Positions 39,704 to 53,984 of a DNA stretch of 64,000 nucleotides are shown here, one piece after another. Origin of the DNA: Mytilus trossulus (taxonomy: Eukaryota). The DNA lies in NCBI RefSeq assembly GCF_036588685.1, contig NC_086381.1, positions 34,534,001 to 34,598,000 of the forward strand, written 5' to 3'. Position 1 is the first letter of the stretch. Each line of letters opens with the position of its first letter. Position numbers and translations under genes: made by a program. The notes beneath the pieces are model-generated. The model saw nothing but the letters and a program-made list of their open reading frames with translations, ran no database searches and was not told the DNA's origin.

Positions 39704-40041
39704 GCATATTTGTTTCCTTATCATTATGGTAAGACATATTTATAAAGGAACACTAAATTCGAAACAAGATTGAATAAAAAAAACAGTATTTCCTGTATTA
39801 ATTTGTGACATAAACGTTTATAAGAATCATATCAGTAATGTTAAGTTTAAAATTAATGTAAATCCTTGATATTAACATGCAATTCAATATTAGACATCAG
39901 ATAAAAATACAGTAAGGAGGAAATTATCAAAATCTTAATTCTTTTGTCTGTCATTCGACAAATCAAATTGTTAATGCCTGTTTTAAAACTATTTTATAAA
40001 TTTGAATAAAAAGTGGTAGGGGAATAATATAACAAGTCCAA

Positions 40042-40480
40042 CAATAAAATTGAGAATGGAAATAGGTAATGTGTCAAACAGACAACAGCCCGACCATTGA
40101 AAAGACAACAGCAGAAGGTCACCAAAAGTTCTTCAATGCAGCGAGAAATTCACGTACCAGGAGGTGTTCTTCAGCTGGCCCCTAAACAAATATATATACT
40201 AGTTCAGTGATAATAAGCGCCATACTAAACTCCAAATTATACCCAAGAAACTAAAATTATAAATAATACGAGACTTACAAATGCCAGAGGCTCCTGACTT
40301 GGAACAGGCGCAAAAATGCGGCGGGGTTAAACATGTTTATGAGGTCTCAACCCTCCTCTAAACCGCCAATCTTAAATTCAGTTCAGGAGAACCCTGAGTC
40401 TGATGTCAGAAGATGTAAGAAAAGAAAATAAACAAAATGATAATATTGCATAACTAACAACAGACTACTAGATTTAACTG
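40042..40480 (+). repeat. Short interspersed repeat, AATAAAATTGAGAATGGAAAT family
   Basis: Related copies lie at 11230-11376, 44032-44480 and ~27300-27400 (-). Confidence 0.7.
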
Positions 40481-41057
40481 ACCAGTAACGGCTAATATTT
40501 ATTTGTTAATTTATGTTTTATTGTCATCTTGCTTAGTTTTTATTGTTACCTATTCTGACATCGGACTAGGAATTTCTTTTACTATACGTACCACTGTGGT
40601 TTTGTGTTTTCATAATTGGCATGAGGTAAAGGGAGAGGTTTGATATCTCACAAAATATGTTTAACTCTTTCGCATTCTTTAATTCAAGAGCCTTTCGTAT
40701 TTCTGAGTTTTGTATGATTTTTAATTTAAGTTCCTTTATATGATTTGGAGCTTATCTTTGAAACTATTAGGTGATATGTTTTACAGATTAAGGAGAATTT
40801 ATAATCCACATTAAATTTTAGTTATATATGGCAGCATTGGTTTTATACTTGTTCTGATTAAAACTCAATGGCAAAGACCGCCTTTTCTTCTTTTTTGACA
40901 TAATTTTTTTTTTTATCAAATCCCATGGGAAAGTATGAAAGGTTTTGTAAACATGTGAAGAGTTTACCAGAGGCAATCCTTAATTGTAATTACCTAATAA
41001 GTAAATAGTTTCGACCTTAAAATTACATTGAAAAATGTGGTTCGTTTTGTCCATTAA

Positions 41058-41676
41058 GGGCATACGATACAGTTACAGGGGAGGTAATGACGTTGCTAAC
41101 GTAAAATGTTGTTTTTGCGACGTCAAACTGGGACATATCGGGAAAAGATGCATTTTTCGACTGATTTTTATCATTCAAACTGATTTAATTTGAAAACGAA
41201 TTCATGTACCACTATTTTTAAAAACATCAATTTGTTTCATTTTGCAGGGAGATTATGTGACCCAAATTTTATAAAACTGTAAATAGAGGATTTTTTTTAA
41301 TTTTGAAAAACATGCAGCAAAAAATGACGTATTTTCCTCAATTCCTGAACATTTAATAAATATAAGTTATTTCTGAACAAAAAAATGCATAATTTTTTAG
41401 AATACTTTTAAAATACAGAAATTACCGATTTTTCACAAAAAACAATTTTTGTTTATCTTTTATAACAAAAAAGTTAGGTCTTTCTTTCGAAAAAGAAATT
41501 ACGGCCACAAATCTGAATTTTGAGCAAATATACAAAATTTCGACCTCATTTTACTCAAAAAGTAGTACATGAAGGTATATTTTTTATTACATATTTGATT
41601 TCATCAGGTTAAAAATAGCCTATTTGCAAATTTTCACGAACTTGTAAATACAGGAGCAAAACTGTATCGTATGCCC
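41058..41676. mobile_element. 619-bp Kolobok-type element with TTAA TSD (MITE or solo LDR)
   Basis: TTAA|GGGCATACGATACAGTT ... AACTGTATCGTATGCCC|TTAA forms perfect 17-bp TIRs. A diverged left-end fragment of a relative lies at ~44510-44600 (-). Confidence 0.92.
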
Positions 41677-44600
41677 TTAAGCTGTTTACTTACTCGCAAT
41701 TTGAGAAAATAGTAGTTAATCTTTTTTGAACTTCGATATTGTGGGATTCAGCGATCTGATGACGGTAAGTCAAGACAAGCGTTTCGGATGCAACATATTG
41801 GTAGGTTTTGTAAACATTCCATTAGCAGTTTTTTTTTAATTTGAAAACTAATATGCATATAAACGTATTACAACTAGATTGATGAAAGTGACATGTATTT
41901 ACGATGTTGCCTTCATAAAGTAAGCAATAGACTTTTTTTTTTATAAAAATACAATAAAACACATGTTACAGGATAAAATTATGTTTCCATATTTCGTACC
42001 TTTTGAAAAAAAACTTACAATGCCACTGTTTCGAAAAAAAATCGACGAAAAGACAAACAACAGTTCACAAAACATAACAGAGAAAATTAAACATTTAGCC
42101 AATTGAACCACAAATTTGATAAGATGGTCCTGATTCAGAATGATTGAAGTACAAACCCGTGATGAGTGTATTTTGATAGCTTGTATTCAAACACAAGGGA
42201 AAGTGATAATGTCGGATGGTCTCAAAATTATGATGACAAGTTTTGTCCTTAATCGACATGACGTATTAGATAGTTTGATATGTTCACAATTTCAGATCAA
42301 TTTTTTTTCAGAAATTAAACAATGCGTTGACGAATTATTTTTGAAACAATGGTTATTTCAGTCCAAAAAACATAAAAAAAGAAATTATTGTTTCTTTCTT
42401 ATTGTGAATATTTCACACACAAAAACATAATAGTCAGTATAAATAAACACTTCAAAACAATTTGATGACACTGTTGTACAAGTGAGAGATTTAGCGCTCT
42501 AAAACCATGTTCAATCCACCATTTTTTATATTTGAAAATGCCTGTACCAAGTCAGGAATATGACAATTGTTGTCAATTTGTTTTAGATGTGTTTTGTCAG
42601 TTCATTTTGCTATTTGATTCAGAACTTTCCGATTGAATATTCCTCGGAGTTCAGTACTTTTGTGGTCTTTTTTTTTATAAGTTTAATATTGTTAAATCTG
42701 GATAAGCAACTCACCAGTATATACCCGAAAATAAAATGTTAAATAGGAAATTATTTAATTTGAATAAAACCTCAATTGTTCCTGCTGATGAAACGAAAGG
42801 CGTAACCTCTTCGTTTTCAAAGAATACATGCTATTCCATGGATGATGAAGGGATAATTTTTTTCTGCTTAATTGATTTTTTGTCTGATACCTTTCAGTTA
42901 CGTATGTGAAACATATTTCTATAAGAACAAATTCGAGACACCACAAACAATAACAAGAAAACTCGATATACATGTAGCAGTCTTTATAGAAATGTTACAC
43001 TACTCAAAGTGCAAAATGACATTAGATTAGTTAAACTTACATTTTGTCTATCAAAGAAATATTACTGTATTCGATTTCTACAAAAAGAAATCATCTGTAT
43101 AAGGTTTAGTTGTTATGAACATTATTGAATAAAACATAATTCACCCACTCACAATTTCATTCAAACTTCATTTGATGTCTGAAAGGATCTCATAGATAAG
43201 ATATATAAAAATCAATTCAATATCTCATTTTGATAAACACAATAAGCTATCCTATTTAATCAAATACTGTTATGTCTTGAAGCCGTTTTATCTAATAGTA
43301 CTACATGTATATTGATTTAGCTGATTGAGCAACGAAAACAACATAGAATACAAAGACTACTCCAATTACCCATGTCAAATTATTTCGTAACGTAGGAGTA
43401 TGGCAATATCATAAGGCATAACTATGGGTATGGCGTGTTTTTGTGTTGTATAATGATCGACACAATGTCCTTCAATAGGTGCATTAAGGACATCTGAAAT
43501 ATTTAACATTGGAATACTAGTTTGCTAATAACATATCAGGCATCATATCTTAAAACATGACTTTAAAGTATTAAAGAAATAAAATATTATTACATACAGT
43601 ACTGGGTAAACTTTCAGGATGCCTTTGGAAAATAAAAGGATGTTAGAGAAATTTGACAGTTCCTTCCCAAATGATATACTTATCTAGCTATTCAAACTTT
43701 TGTTTTAAGTTTTATTTGAACGAGGTTTTATAAAAACGCCACACAAATCATACAGTTGTTATCTGCTTCATTTGCTTTGGTCGTGTATAATAGAAAAGCA
43801 ATTACTCTCAAGCAAGCTGATACCTTTTTCCTTGCCCCTTTGCTATTTGTTTTATCTTGTTGCTTTATATCAATCTGATGAGCTGTAACCCTTTTAAACT
43901 GATTTAAAGTTTTATCTTATGTTGCGGGTGTAAAACTCTGTTTTTTTAGAAGAGGGCAAGCACTTCATGAAATCGTTCTCGATTTAAATAAATAAGTCTT
44001 AATGATAAAAATTAGTCGACAAATTAAACAAAAATTGAGAATAGAAATTGAGGATTGTGTCAAAGAGACACAACCCGATAAAAATAGAAAACAGCAAAAG
44101 GCCACGAATGGGTCTTCAACACAGCCAGGAAATCCCGCACTCGAAGGCGTGCTTCGATAACCACTATACAATACGTGTACTAGTTCAGTAAAAAAGGAAG
44201 TCACACATAATTCCGAAATATATAGATGCAATAAAGGTAAAAAAATACCCTTACAAAAGCCAGAGGCACCTGAATTGGGACAGACGCACAAATTCCGCGG
44301 GGTTACACATGATTTGTGAGATATCAACTCTCCCTTATACCTCTACGCAATGTAGAAATAACAACCACACAGCAATGCACACTGTAAACTCAGTACAAAA
44401 GAAGTCAGAGTCTGATTAAAGAGAAGGTAAGCAAAGAAAGTAAGTGAAATGACAATGACAATTGTATATACATTAACAGGGGACTACTTTCAGTTCCTTA
44501 CAGTATTAATCTTTTGCTGATATGTCACAATTTGACGTCCCGAGATAGCATTTGACGCTACCGAAGTTTTCACCTCCCCCTTTAACTATATCGTATGCCT

Positions 44601-47600
44601 TTAAGTGCGAGCTGGCAACGGTTAGATACTGTTATTAAGTTGTATTTGTTGTTTTTTGTCTTCTTACCTTTCTAGTGTAGTTGTATTAATCAGACTTGTT
44701 TTCTCTTCTCACAATAAAATCAAATATTATCCAGTACGTTTTGGTGTATGGAGTATAATTAATAAACAAATTTGCCCAATTATGAGATTGCATCATACAG
44801 TTTTCAGCTCGCCGATCTTGCTCCGTTTGGAGTTTATGCGACTACCTTCGGTTTCTTATCTGATCATGTTTTTGTATCTTTAAATCGATTGATGCGATTT
44901 TTACATACGGTCGTCTTCAAATAACAAGTGTTAAAGTTACAAATGTTATATATATGTACCGTTAAGCCTGTTTCCATTATTCAAATGGTATAATCTGTCG
45001 TTGTTTTTAAGTATTTCTTTTGTTTTTAAGAACACAAATCGGTTATATGGTGACATAACAATACAATTGTACCGACCTCTGGATTGAAATCAAGTATATG
45101 TTATTGATTTTAAGAAAACATGCATTTGTCTTTATATGTGGTGATGTTACACTTTTGTTTGATATAAGGGTGCAGGTTTGGTACTATATAAAAGTTTAAA
45201 CCCGTTGCAATTGTTTACATTTATTCTAAGTCAGGAATCTGATATTCAGTAATTGTTGCTTGTTAATGTGATCAAAAAAATTATCTTAATTTTTGTTTTT
45301 CATATAGATCAGACCGTTGGTTTTCCCGTCTAATTGGTTTAACACTAGTATTTTTTGGGGGGCCCGTTATAGCTAGCTGTTTAATGTGAGCCGAGGCTCC
45401 GTGCCGAAGACTGTACTTTGACCAATAATTTGTTATTTTTATAAATAGTGACTTAGAAGGAGAGTTGTCTCATTGGCAATCATACATCATCTTCTTATAT
45501 CTAAATATGTTATTGAAAATTAGAGTGGTAATATCGTTTTTTCTAAGTTCCTATAGACATCGTTAAATGCGTTTTATATGTTATAAATAGTAACCAATAT
45601 CACATCTGATTTTCCATTTTCAATATTCTTTGAAGGGTAACGGCTTACACAATGATCTTCCTCTATCATAAGCCTGCCATACTCATGTACTAATTATCGT
45701 GCTTCTGTACACATAATTGTCCGTATTTGGCTATACTTTAGTTTATTTTTGGTATTGTCAGCTCATCAACGTTTATATCAAATTTTGGATTTAAAAACAG
45801 TTTAGCCATAAGCCTTACTGCAAAGCAATTAATCGTAGAAATATGCACCTGGTGCATTCAAAAGGCTACCGCAAGCGTTAATACTTATATAATTCATTGC
45901 AAAAATGTTTTGATTTAGATTTAGCGATTTAGGAAACTGTCTCATATAAGGATGGTGGATTTTATATCTTATTTTTGTTATCATTTCCGAAGAAAAAGTA
46001 AAAAAGTATATTACCAGACAAAAAAGAGAAAAACAAATAGTGTGAATAAATTCATTAAGAATTATGGGAAACATCAGTATTAAGTTATAGCCATACAAAT
46101 GTTATAAAACCAGATTAAACCAAAATCAAAAGAATCTCTTCATATTGCTTTTTTAATATTTTGCTTAATTTCTTACTTGAACAGCTTTAATCTTCATTCA
46201 CGGCTTCAATTCTTTTGTATCCTACTTCCTGAATATCAAAAGCAAATATAATTAACGAGTCATAATTCATCTTTCATTTGGGTTGTTGGACATGGGTGTG
46301 GTTAATCTAAAGCGTATTACACAAACATACTCGTTTAAATGTAAATGATAAAACTGGACAGACTGATGCAAAACAAAATATATTTTTGATGGTATTAGAG
46401 TCAGATGATCAAATTGAGAATGCATATGTTAATTCATGTGTACTATTATTTGTCTGTTTGTCTTTTTCTTTTTTTAGCCATTGCGTTGTCAGTTAATTTT
46501 CGATCTATAAGTTCGAATGTCCCTCTGGTATTTTTTCCTTGTCATACAACATACATTGGACGTTAGGATTGCACAAAGTGTCTCCGTGACGGTCAGCGAT
46601 TAGTTTCAACAATCAAAACAAACTTCATTAGTGTATTATACATAAAGACAAACAAAAAATATGCTTTATCTATTATGAAAATGTGGTGAGTCTAAATAGA
46701 TTTTCTGTATTATCTTCCTCAAGAACGCTCAAATCTCCAGTACTCTTCAGTAAATATATTAGAAAAAAGGGACCTACAAATATACGCAAAATCATATTTA
46801 ACTAGTGGAAATGGAACAAGTGGAACTGTAGTTTACTTTATAATTTCGAAAATTTGTCAATAAGGAATGGTATGTTTTGAATTATATCAGTAACTATTGA
46901 CCATGAGCTGATGATACCGTCGAGGACTAGTAACAAAAACTCAAAAATGTCTACCATTGATAAAAACAAAACATTATCATTTACGCCCGTCGTCTATCTA
47001 TCTATCATCTGTCCTTCTGTCGTTAGGCGATTAATATTATCACAATATCAAATTAAACCAAACTCGTCAGGAATATAATATGGAATATCTTGAAGACAAA
47101 GAGCATATTTAATGTATTTCTGAAGAAAAGTATACTACAAATACCGAACACATGCAAAATTCCGAAAAAAAAAGACCATAAATAGAGGCAACAGTTGTAT
47201 GCCAGTATTTAACAGTCATGGATCGAAAAATATAATATAAAATTCAATAAATGTAGCAGATATAATTAAATGAAACATTACTTATCCACTCACATTTCTA
47301 CTTCAATTTTCGCTCAAACGTTATTCGATGTCTAGAATGATCTGGTAGATAAGATATATGGACTAATCTAATATCTCATTTTTGATAAACACAATAATCT
47401 GTCGCATTTAATCAAATATAACCAGAAGCCTTCTTATAAGTGGTATTGCATGTCAATTTGCTTTTCAGAAGAAACAGTTTAAAAATGTTAATGGCCTTCG
47501 TTATTCACTCAACTAAGGGGAACGCTTAGAAGCATATTGTTTGAGTTGCAAAGATGTATTATTGATCGTACAACACCATTTTTGTGTGCCTCCATTCCGT

Positions 47601-48339
47601 CACTGAAAGAATATTGTAACGTAGGTCTATACTTGGAAGAATTAAGGGTCTGTTCATATGAAGGTATTAACGACACGTCTTTAAGATCAGTACATTATAT
47701 TAAAACTTATTTATAGAAACCTAAAGACGTAGCAAATAATTCATAAACCTGGTTAAATTGAAAGAATTAAGAATAAATTACGTGTATATTTTGTTTGGAA
47801 TTCACAAATTTATAAATAACAACAACACTGTATGTTCAAATGATAAGCACATCGTTTCAGACCGTACCGTGACCTATAGTTGTTCATTTCCTTGTTAGTT
47901 GGTCTCTTGTAGATAGTTGTCCCATTGGCAATCATACCAAATCTTCTCTTATTTATACATATGAAAATAAGTACGTCCTATCTTTTATCTAACCATTTAC
48001 AAACTATGTTATCCATTCTGTGTAAAAATGGATAAGAAGAATAATCTGTTTTTGAATAAATGCAGTTATTAACAAGAAAACTAATCTTAAGAAGGTAAAA
48101 CTTAAGTATATAAAAACCAAAGGTTTCTAAAAAAAAGTTCAGTAGTATACATTAAGTGTATATCAAAAAAACAAAATCTACAATTTTGCATTATATCTAT
48201 TGTGGATTTCATATGACGACTAAAAACAGTTAACATGCTTGGAAGATAGACGCATAGTGATCACTCAACGGCCATTGGCTAATATGTCAAGAAAATTCAG
48301 GATTACGCAATTATACGATAAAATCACGGTGATGACAAG

Positions 48340-49170
48340 GTGACTATATACTTCAGTTTTATCATGTATGTCTTTTATATAGTCATTTTATTAAATTTAC
48401 TGTTTGCAAAAGTATAATTTATTCTAAACAAAAGAGATGTTCTGGTATTTAACAGAAAACCATTGTCATTTTGCCACAGCTTTTTGAACTTTTAGTCCTC
48501 GATGCTTTTTATCTTTGTACTTGTTTCGGCTTTCAAAGCTTCTCAAAAAATGTATCTGGGCGTCACTGGTGTGTCTTGTGTGGACAAAATGCACTGCTGG
48601 CGTATTAAATTTTAAACCTGTTACCTTTTGTTAGCTATTATTCGTGTGTTTCTTTTTCAATTGTGTTCCCCTATTTATTTGTATTGGAGTCCTGTAATGT
48701 TGTGTTGTCATTTTAATGTTATATTTCACATGGCCGTAAAATAGGGAGTTTTGGCATGCCATAAAACCAGGTTCAACCCATCATTTTTTTTCTTTAAAAA
48801 ATGTCCTGTACCAAGTCAGGAAAATGGTCATTGTTATATTATAGTTCGATTCTGTGCGTGTTACATTTTAACGTTGTGTTTCTTTTGTGTCGTTTTTTGC
48901 CTCTTATATTTAAGTGTCAATTTACATTATTATGAGACCTGTCACGGTACTTTTCTATCCCAAATTCATGTATTCAGTTTTGATGTTATATTTGTTATTC
49001 GACTCGGATTTTGTCTAATTCTTAGTCCGTTTCTTTGTGTGTTACATTTTAATGTTGTGGCGTAATTTTCTTGTATTTAATGCGTTTCCCTCGGTTTTGG
49101 TTTATGACCCGGATTTGGTTTTATCTATCGATTTATGAGTTTTGAACATCGGTATACTTCTGTTGCCTTT
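48340..49170 (+). mobile_element. Composite repeat with decayed hammerhead, second copy
   Basis: Reverse homolog of 16427-17270. The decayed hammerhead CGTCA-CTGGTGT-GTCT...GGAC-AAAAT...TGGCG lies at ~48561-48602. Confidence 0.7.
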
Positions 49171-49778
49171 TTCCTTTCTTATATATATATATAACGAGCA
49201 CCAGCATATGACATAGTATGAATGGCATCTTCATTTTATTATTTTGGCGTTGCAAATATTGAATTTAGGAAGTATTTTTTTTCTTCTAATTATTTCTGAG
49301 GGAAGTGGTATTTTCTTAGGTTTAATAATTAATGCAACATTGTCAATAATTTTGAAAGGGGTGGGGGAAGGTTTTTGTTTACTACCCTATATTTATGATA
49401 TTTTGTAGAGTTACCTCTTTTCACCTGGCGGTATTATTTTTTTACCAATCGTACGTCTCTAAATCCTATGTAGATATATATCTCACGACAAATATTATTT
49501 TATTAGTGTCGTTGCATGTATGATAATAAGCATAAACTAGGATGGAATGCCATCGAAGTTCCATTACGATTTTTTAAGAATGTCAGAATAAAGGATCATG
49601 AAAACGAGTCTTACGTTTGATTCGTTTCGTCAAATTGTACGAAAGCTCAAATAAAACAAAAAAACAACATGACCTTTACCGGAAACTACTAACATTCACT
49701 CGTTACAAGTACATTTCGTTAAATCTTCCGTCCTTGTTGCATGAACAAAATTAAAATGTGTTGCAAGTGGAATGTTAT

Positions 49779-51038
49779 GAGGGACTGGACAGGGGGTAAG
49801 TTTTTTCCTGCTCTCGGCACTCTTCTCCCTTTACCCGCCCCTTCTCCTTCTCCCTCCATTTTCTATCTCCCTTACCTTTTTCGACATACATTTCATTTAA
49901 ATACATAAAACATTCAGGAAGAGTTTCGCTTCGAAGATTAGTAATGCTGTATATTAAAGTAACGAGTATCTCCCCTTTAACATTTAGAACTTACGCGAGT
50001 AAATATTTCATTAATATCCATCTAGTTGTTCAGGAGGAGATGCGATGAAAATGAGATACATTGACAAATAGGGTGATTCTTATATGTACTTAGTTTCTAA
50101 AGAAAAGAGTTCTGTCAACCGGTCATTGAATCAGCAACAACATGGATGTAATGTTTGAAGTGATTGCATATACAGAACACTGACGACTTCTAGACACTCA
50201 CTTAGCATAGACCTCACAGTTTACTTGTCGTATTTGGTTCTTCTTGATTGGCGCTTATAGTGACGAATTGTACGGACGGATGACAATAGACATAAATGGA
50301 CATATATTCCAATCCTTCCCTAGTAGGTTCTGTTTTATCACAAAGTCTATATGTCAGCTATAAATAGTAGGTCTTCATTGACTTTATAACTGGCTGTGGG
50401 GTTCATGTCGTTGAAACCGTTTACTCTTAATTCCTTAATTGCAGGTTCATTTTCTGTTCTAACTGGCCCGTCAATATCCATTACTTCAGTCAATCTATGT
50501 CTGAAGTGTTTTAATAGTCGACTTCTCAGGAAAATATAATGTTTCACAGCAATGATGATCACACAGATGAGATCACACTTTAAAAGAGTGCATATCTCTT
50601 ATAAAGAAGTTTTGTTTGCCTTTGATATTTCCTGTTTTAATGTTTTCTTGTGATCAATGTAGGCGATCCTTTTCTTGCCACTTTCGCAGACTATCAGTAC
50701 ACCAAATATTTGTACTGCTTAGTATTTGGCAATTAATTTAACTTCTGATTGATAATGCAATCTAGTATAACACACACAGCCACTCCTATCAGCTATGAAA
50801 AACCATCGCAGCCCAACAAATTTCGAGTATTGGCTAATTTGTGGTATCATAATATATTTTTTTCTTATGAATGTTTATCATTTTAGATGTTCTGATCTGT
50901 TTTATACGTTATAGTCGTTATAAATGAAGTTTTAAATTGCTGTTGCCTTCTATCTCGTCTCGCGTCTCCCTCCGCCCGCCCCTCCCTCCCTTCTTCCGCC
51001 CCTCTCTTATGATTACAATACCCTGTTCAGGCCCCCTG
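49779..51038. mobile_element. ~1.26-kb TIR element, possibly Sola2-like, carrying a decayed coding fragment
   Basis: Ends are TTAT|GAGGGACTGGACAGGG ... CCCTGTTCAGGCCCCCTG|TTAT: imperfect TIRs, a 4-bp TSD and a GAG start. C/T-rich subterminal tracts occur at both ends. Confidence 0.55.
50347..50850 (-). pseudogene. Decayed reading frame resembling an NHL/beta-propeller protein
   Basis: 168 codons with only two internal stops: ...FFIADRSGCVCYTRLHYQSEVKLIAKY*AVQIFGVLIVCESGKKRIAYID...LLFIADI*. The xFIAD and LIVCESG..RI segments resemble NHL blades. Confidence 0.4.
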
Positions 51039-51045
51039 TTATTGT

Positions 51046-51830
51046 CAGTGGCGTAGTAAGGCCATTTTTAAGTGTCCGCCTGAACCTCGACCTTATTTCA
51101 AAATCAGATTACAGACACTACCAGGCTTGAACATTGTGTCTAAACTTGTCCAAACTGTTCATGGATCAACCTCTGTGGTCGCATTAGGCTGAGCTCAGTG
51201 CAGAATTTTATTTTCAAGTGTATTCAAGACTGTAATTTGGATCCCAATAATCTAAATGTTTTGTTTGAGTTTCGATTAAGTGTTTTGTTTCTTTCCATTC
51301 CTGTTGTAAAATGTGTATGAGCTTTCTATATTTATAACATGCCAAGAAATCCTGGCTCATAACTCCGGTTAACATCCTACGGCACCAGTTCATAGCTAAA
51401 GATTTGATTTTAATCAACAAATCAATATATGACCTGAATGTACGTGTCACTTATGCAATGTACAAAATGGTCAACATAAATCAACGGAGGCAATTTATTG
51501 CATGCATAAATAAACAAATAAGTAATTGCACATTTCACTATAATGAAGGGTTTGCCACTTTTCTCGTTCTTTCCATACTGCCATCCGCGCAAAGTTTTGT
51601 ACTTTTCGACAACTGGTTCCCAACAGGTACTTGTTTTTGTTTTGGATTGTCAGCATATGCCCGAACAGTCCTCTAAACACAGAAATGCTGGATGTAACTT
51701 TACCAGAGAATACCAGAGGCTTACTCTGTGACCAGTTTGGCTTTCTTTTTGTTATCTCCATGGACAATTATAATAATGGAGATCTACGTGATAAGAAGTC
51801 TAAAGTATTCCATCTCGTTTGGTGTACATA
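51046..51830 (-). mobile_element. hAT transposon relic (ZNF862-like transposase N-terminal remnants)
   Basis: A CAGTGGCGTAG terminus lies at 51046. Frameshifted minus-strand fragments include NWSQSKPLVF, NKYLLGTS, RTFRSYIDLL and YEL..DVNRSY..FL. Confidence 0.35.
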
Positions 51831-53984
51831 GGGAGTTAACACTGCGAATGCTTCAATGAAGTGAAAGTTACGTTGCTAAGGTACTTGTTTCTTAAGAGTG
51901 GTCGTAAGATTAGACGTAAGATTTAGACGCAAGAGCGGTCCTAAGTTTAGGATTAAAATTTACGATATGCTTTGTGAAAAAGTCATAGAAGTTTACTTAG
52001 GAAAGTCTTAAGTGTAACACGTAAGACTTAAACTTTGAAATTGATTCCAGGTACTTACATAAACAACCCAGAGGCATGTGGTATCAGTTGGTTAAATGAC
52101 AGATGTTAAACATCCTGTTGCAAAATTAATTGCCATTCTTTTTAAGACGATATCAAAATGAGTTAAAAAATGAATTTACCAAAGATGGCAACAATTGACA
52201 TGCCGAAAGACAGACACAAATTTACACGACAAACTAATCGGGAATAATGATGATGATATGACAATATCCTGCAAATCAATCTGAAATGTTGAAATCAACA
52301 ACAGCTTTTTTCAGTATACAGTATAAATAATGCTATAGCATTAGCTTACTGTTTTAGCATCAAACCATTTATTATCATATAGGCAACAATTTAGTGACAG
52401 ATACACAGTGATAGATCTGTGGATGTCTTTTAGTGATTTGTCTCATTGCTTTGTTGTTTAATTAACGTACACGCCACAACTCCTATAATTCATCCTTACT
52501 TTCCTCCGGATAACATAGACTGTTTCTTAATTACTTAATCTTCAGTTCATGGTTGTTTTTCGTAGTATTTAATGGTGTATCTTTTGGGAGTGGGTGACCT
52601 AATGCAATTGAAATCATGGTAATTTCATTCATATGTCTCATTTGCTGGTCTATGGTAAATTATATTTGCAATGCAGACATTCTGATAGTCAACTTGTCAG
52701 CTATGAACAATTCCGACTTAATTCGACATTGGGAGTCAGAAACGGTTAAAGTCTCACAAATTGCTATACATCTGTCTTCCTTATCAAATTAGGATTATAT
52801 ATCATGAAAACATAAGAAATAGAACTTCTCAATTTAATATAACTTCTTACTAGGTTTTATTTCATTTTTACATATATGTCCTTACAAATATTTATCTTAA
52901 GTTACATTTAACGTTATTTAACAACCACCTCGGCGATTCTTGAAAATTGAATAGTCCTGAAGATGTGTATACATCCATTCCGAACTAAATTGTAATGAAA
53001 AATAGGAGATGTAAATTGAAAAAAATATAGTAAAATATGCAAAGTTCACAGAATGATACCCCCACATTGCTTAAAGATAAAGATTTTGAAACAATTCAAT
53101 TAGATCTTTTTGTTGGTTAAAGAGGAGAAGGGGATATTAATTTGGTGTTTGAATAATTGGTTATGTTCGGTTGAAGTATAATACAACGAATGCAAGCTAA
53201 GCCTTATGAAATCAATCCAACTTAGCTATCACATTATCAAAAGGAGCCTTAATAACGAAACAATATTTTGTGGACTTGCTTATCTGTTCGTCATCTTTCG
53301 ATTTTTGGCTGTATCGTTGTTTATTGTCAATTTGACTTAGAGTTTTGAATGTTTCATTGTTATCAATAACCGTCATGTAAAAATAAAGTTTTGATGCCTA
53401 CTTGAAAAGTTTAAAACTTATGTGTAATTTGTCACTGTAAATGTAGGCAAAATGTGGAATACCGATGTTTAAATCTAATAATTGTTTTATGAAGAAGAAA
53501 AAGAGATAATGAACACATATTAAGAGATCGTATGAACATATAAAGAAACGAGTTCGGGTGCACTGACAGGATAAGCTGAATTTAATTATCACATATCTGT
53601 ATGCTTATGAATGCCTATGACTCTTTGACATTAAAATGAACTAGGTTTGCAAAATAACAGTGTGGGCCCTACACAATGTTTGTTCATCTGCTTTTTCTCT
53701 TTTATGATTTCTGATGACGATTTTCCACTTTTCGCTCTCAACAACATAGGCTTTAAAAAGACAAAAAGAAGGTAAATATATGTTGTAAAAGATTAATCTA
53801 CTTTTTTTTAAGACATAATTTGTTGAGTTTATACAAATTTAATAAATATCAATCGGTTTTGCTTTCGTGAAAGGAAGATTTCAAAGGAAACTACCTACTA
53901 GTTTTAAGATTGCTCATTTTACTGAAAGTGTATTGTCTGTTCTGTGATAGTAATGTGTTTCATTAACTGTAATACATTAGTAAT

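Noticed and set aside
39468-39773. Cys/hydrophobic-rich ORFs here and at 43965-44327, 48751-49065 and 16672-16963
   Set aside because: They lie within high-copy non-coding repeats and are open only because of GT-rich composition.
41752-41795. CTGATGA motif as another hammerhead (also ~43875)
   Set aside because: It lacks the GAAA box and paired stems; at most a decayed relic.
51880-52050. TAAG-rich palindromic patches (also ~56420-56570 and ~60700-60837)
   Set aside because: They are probably old MITE remnants, but the ends and TSDs could not be defined.
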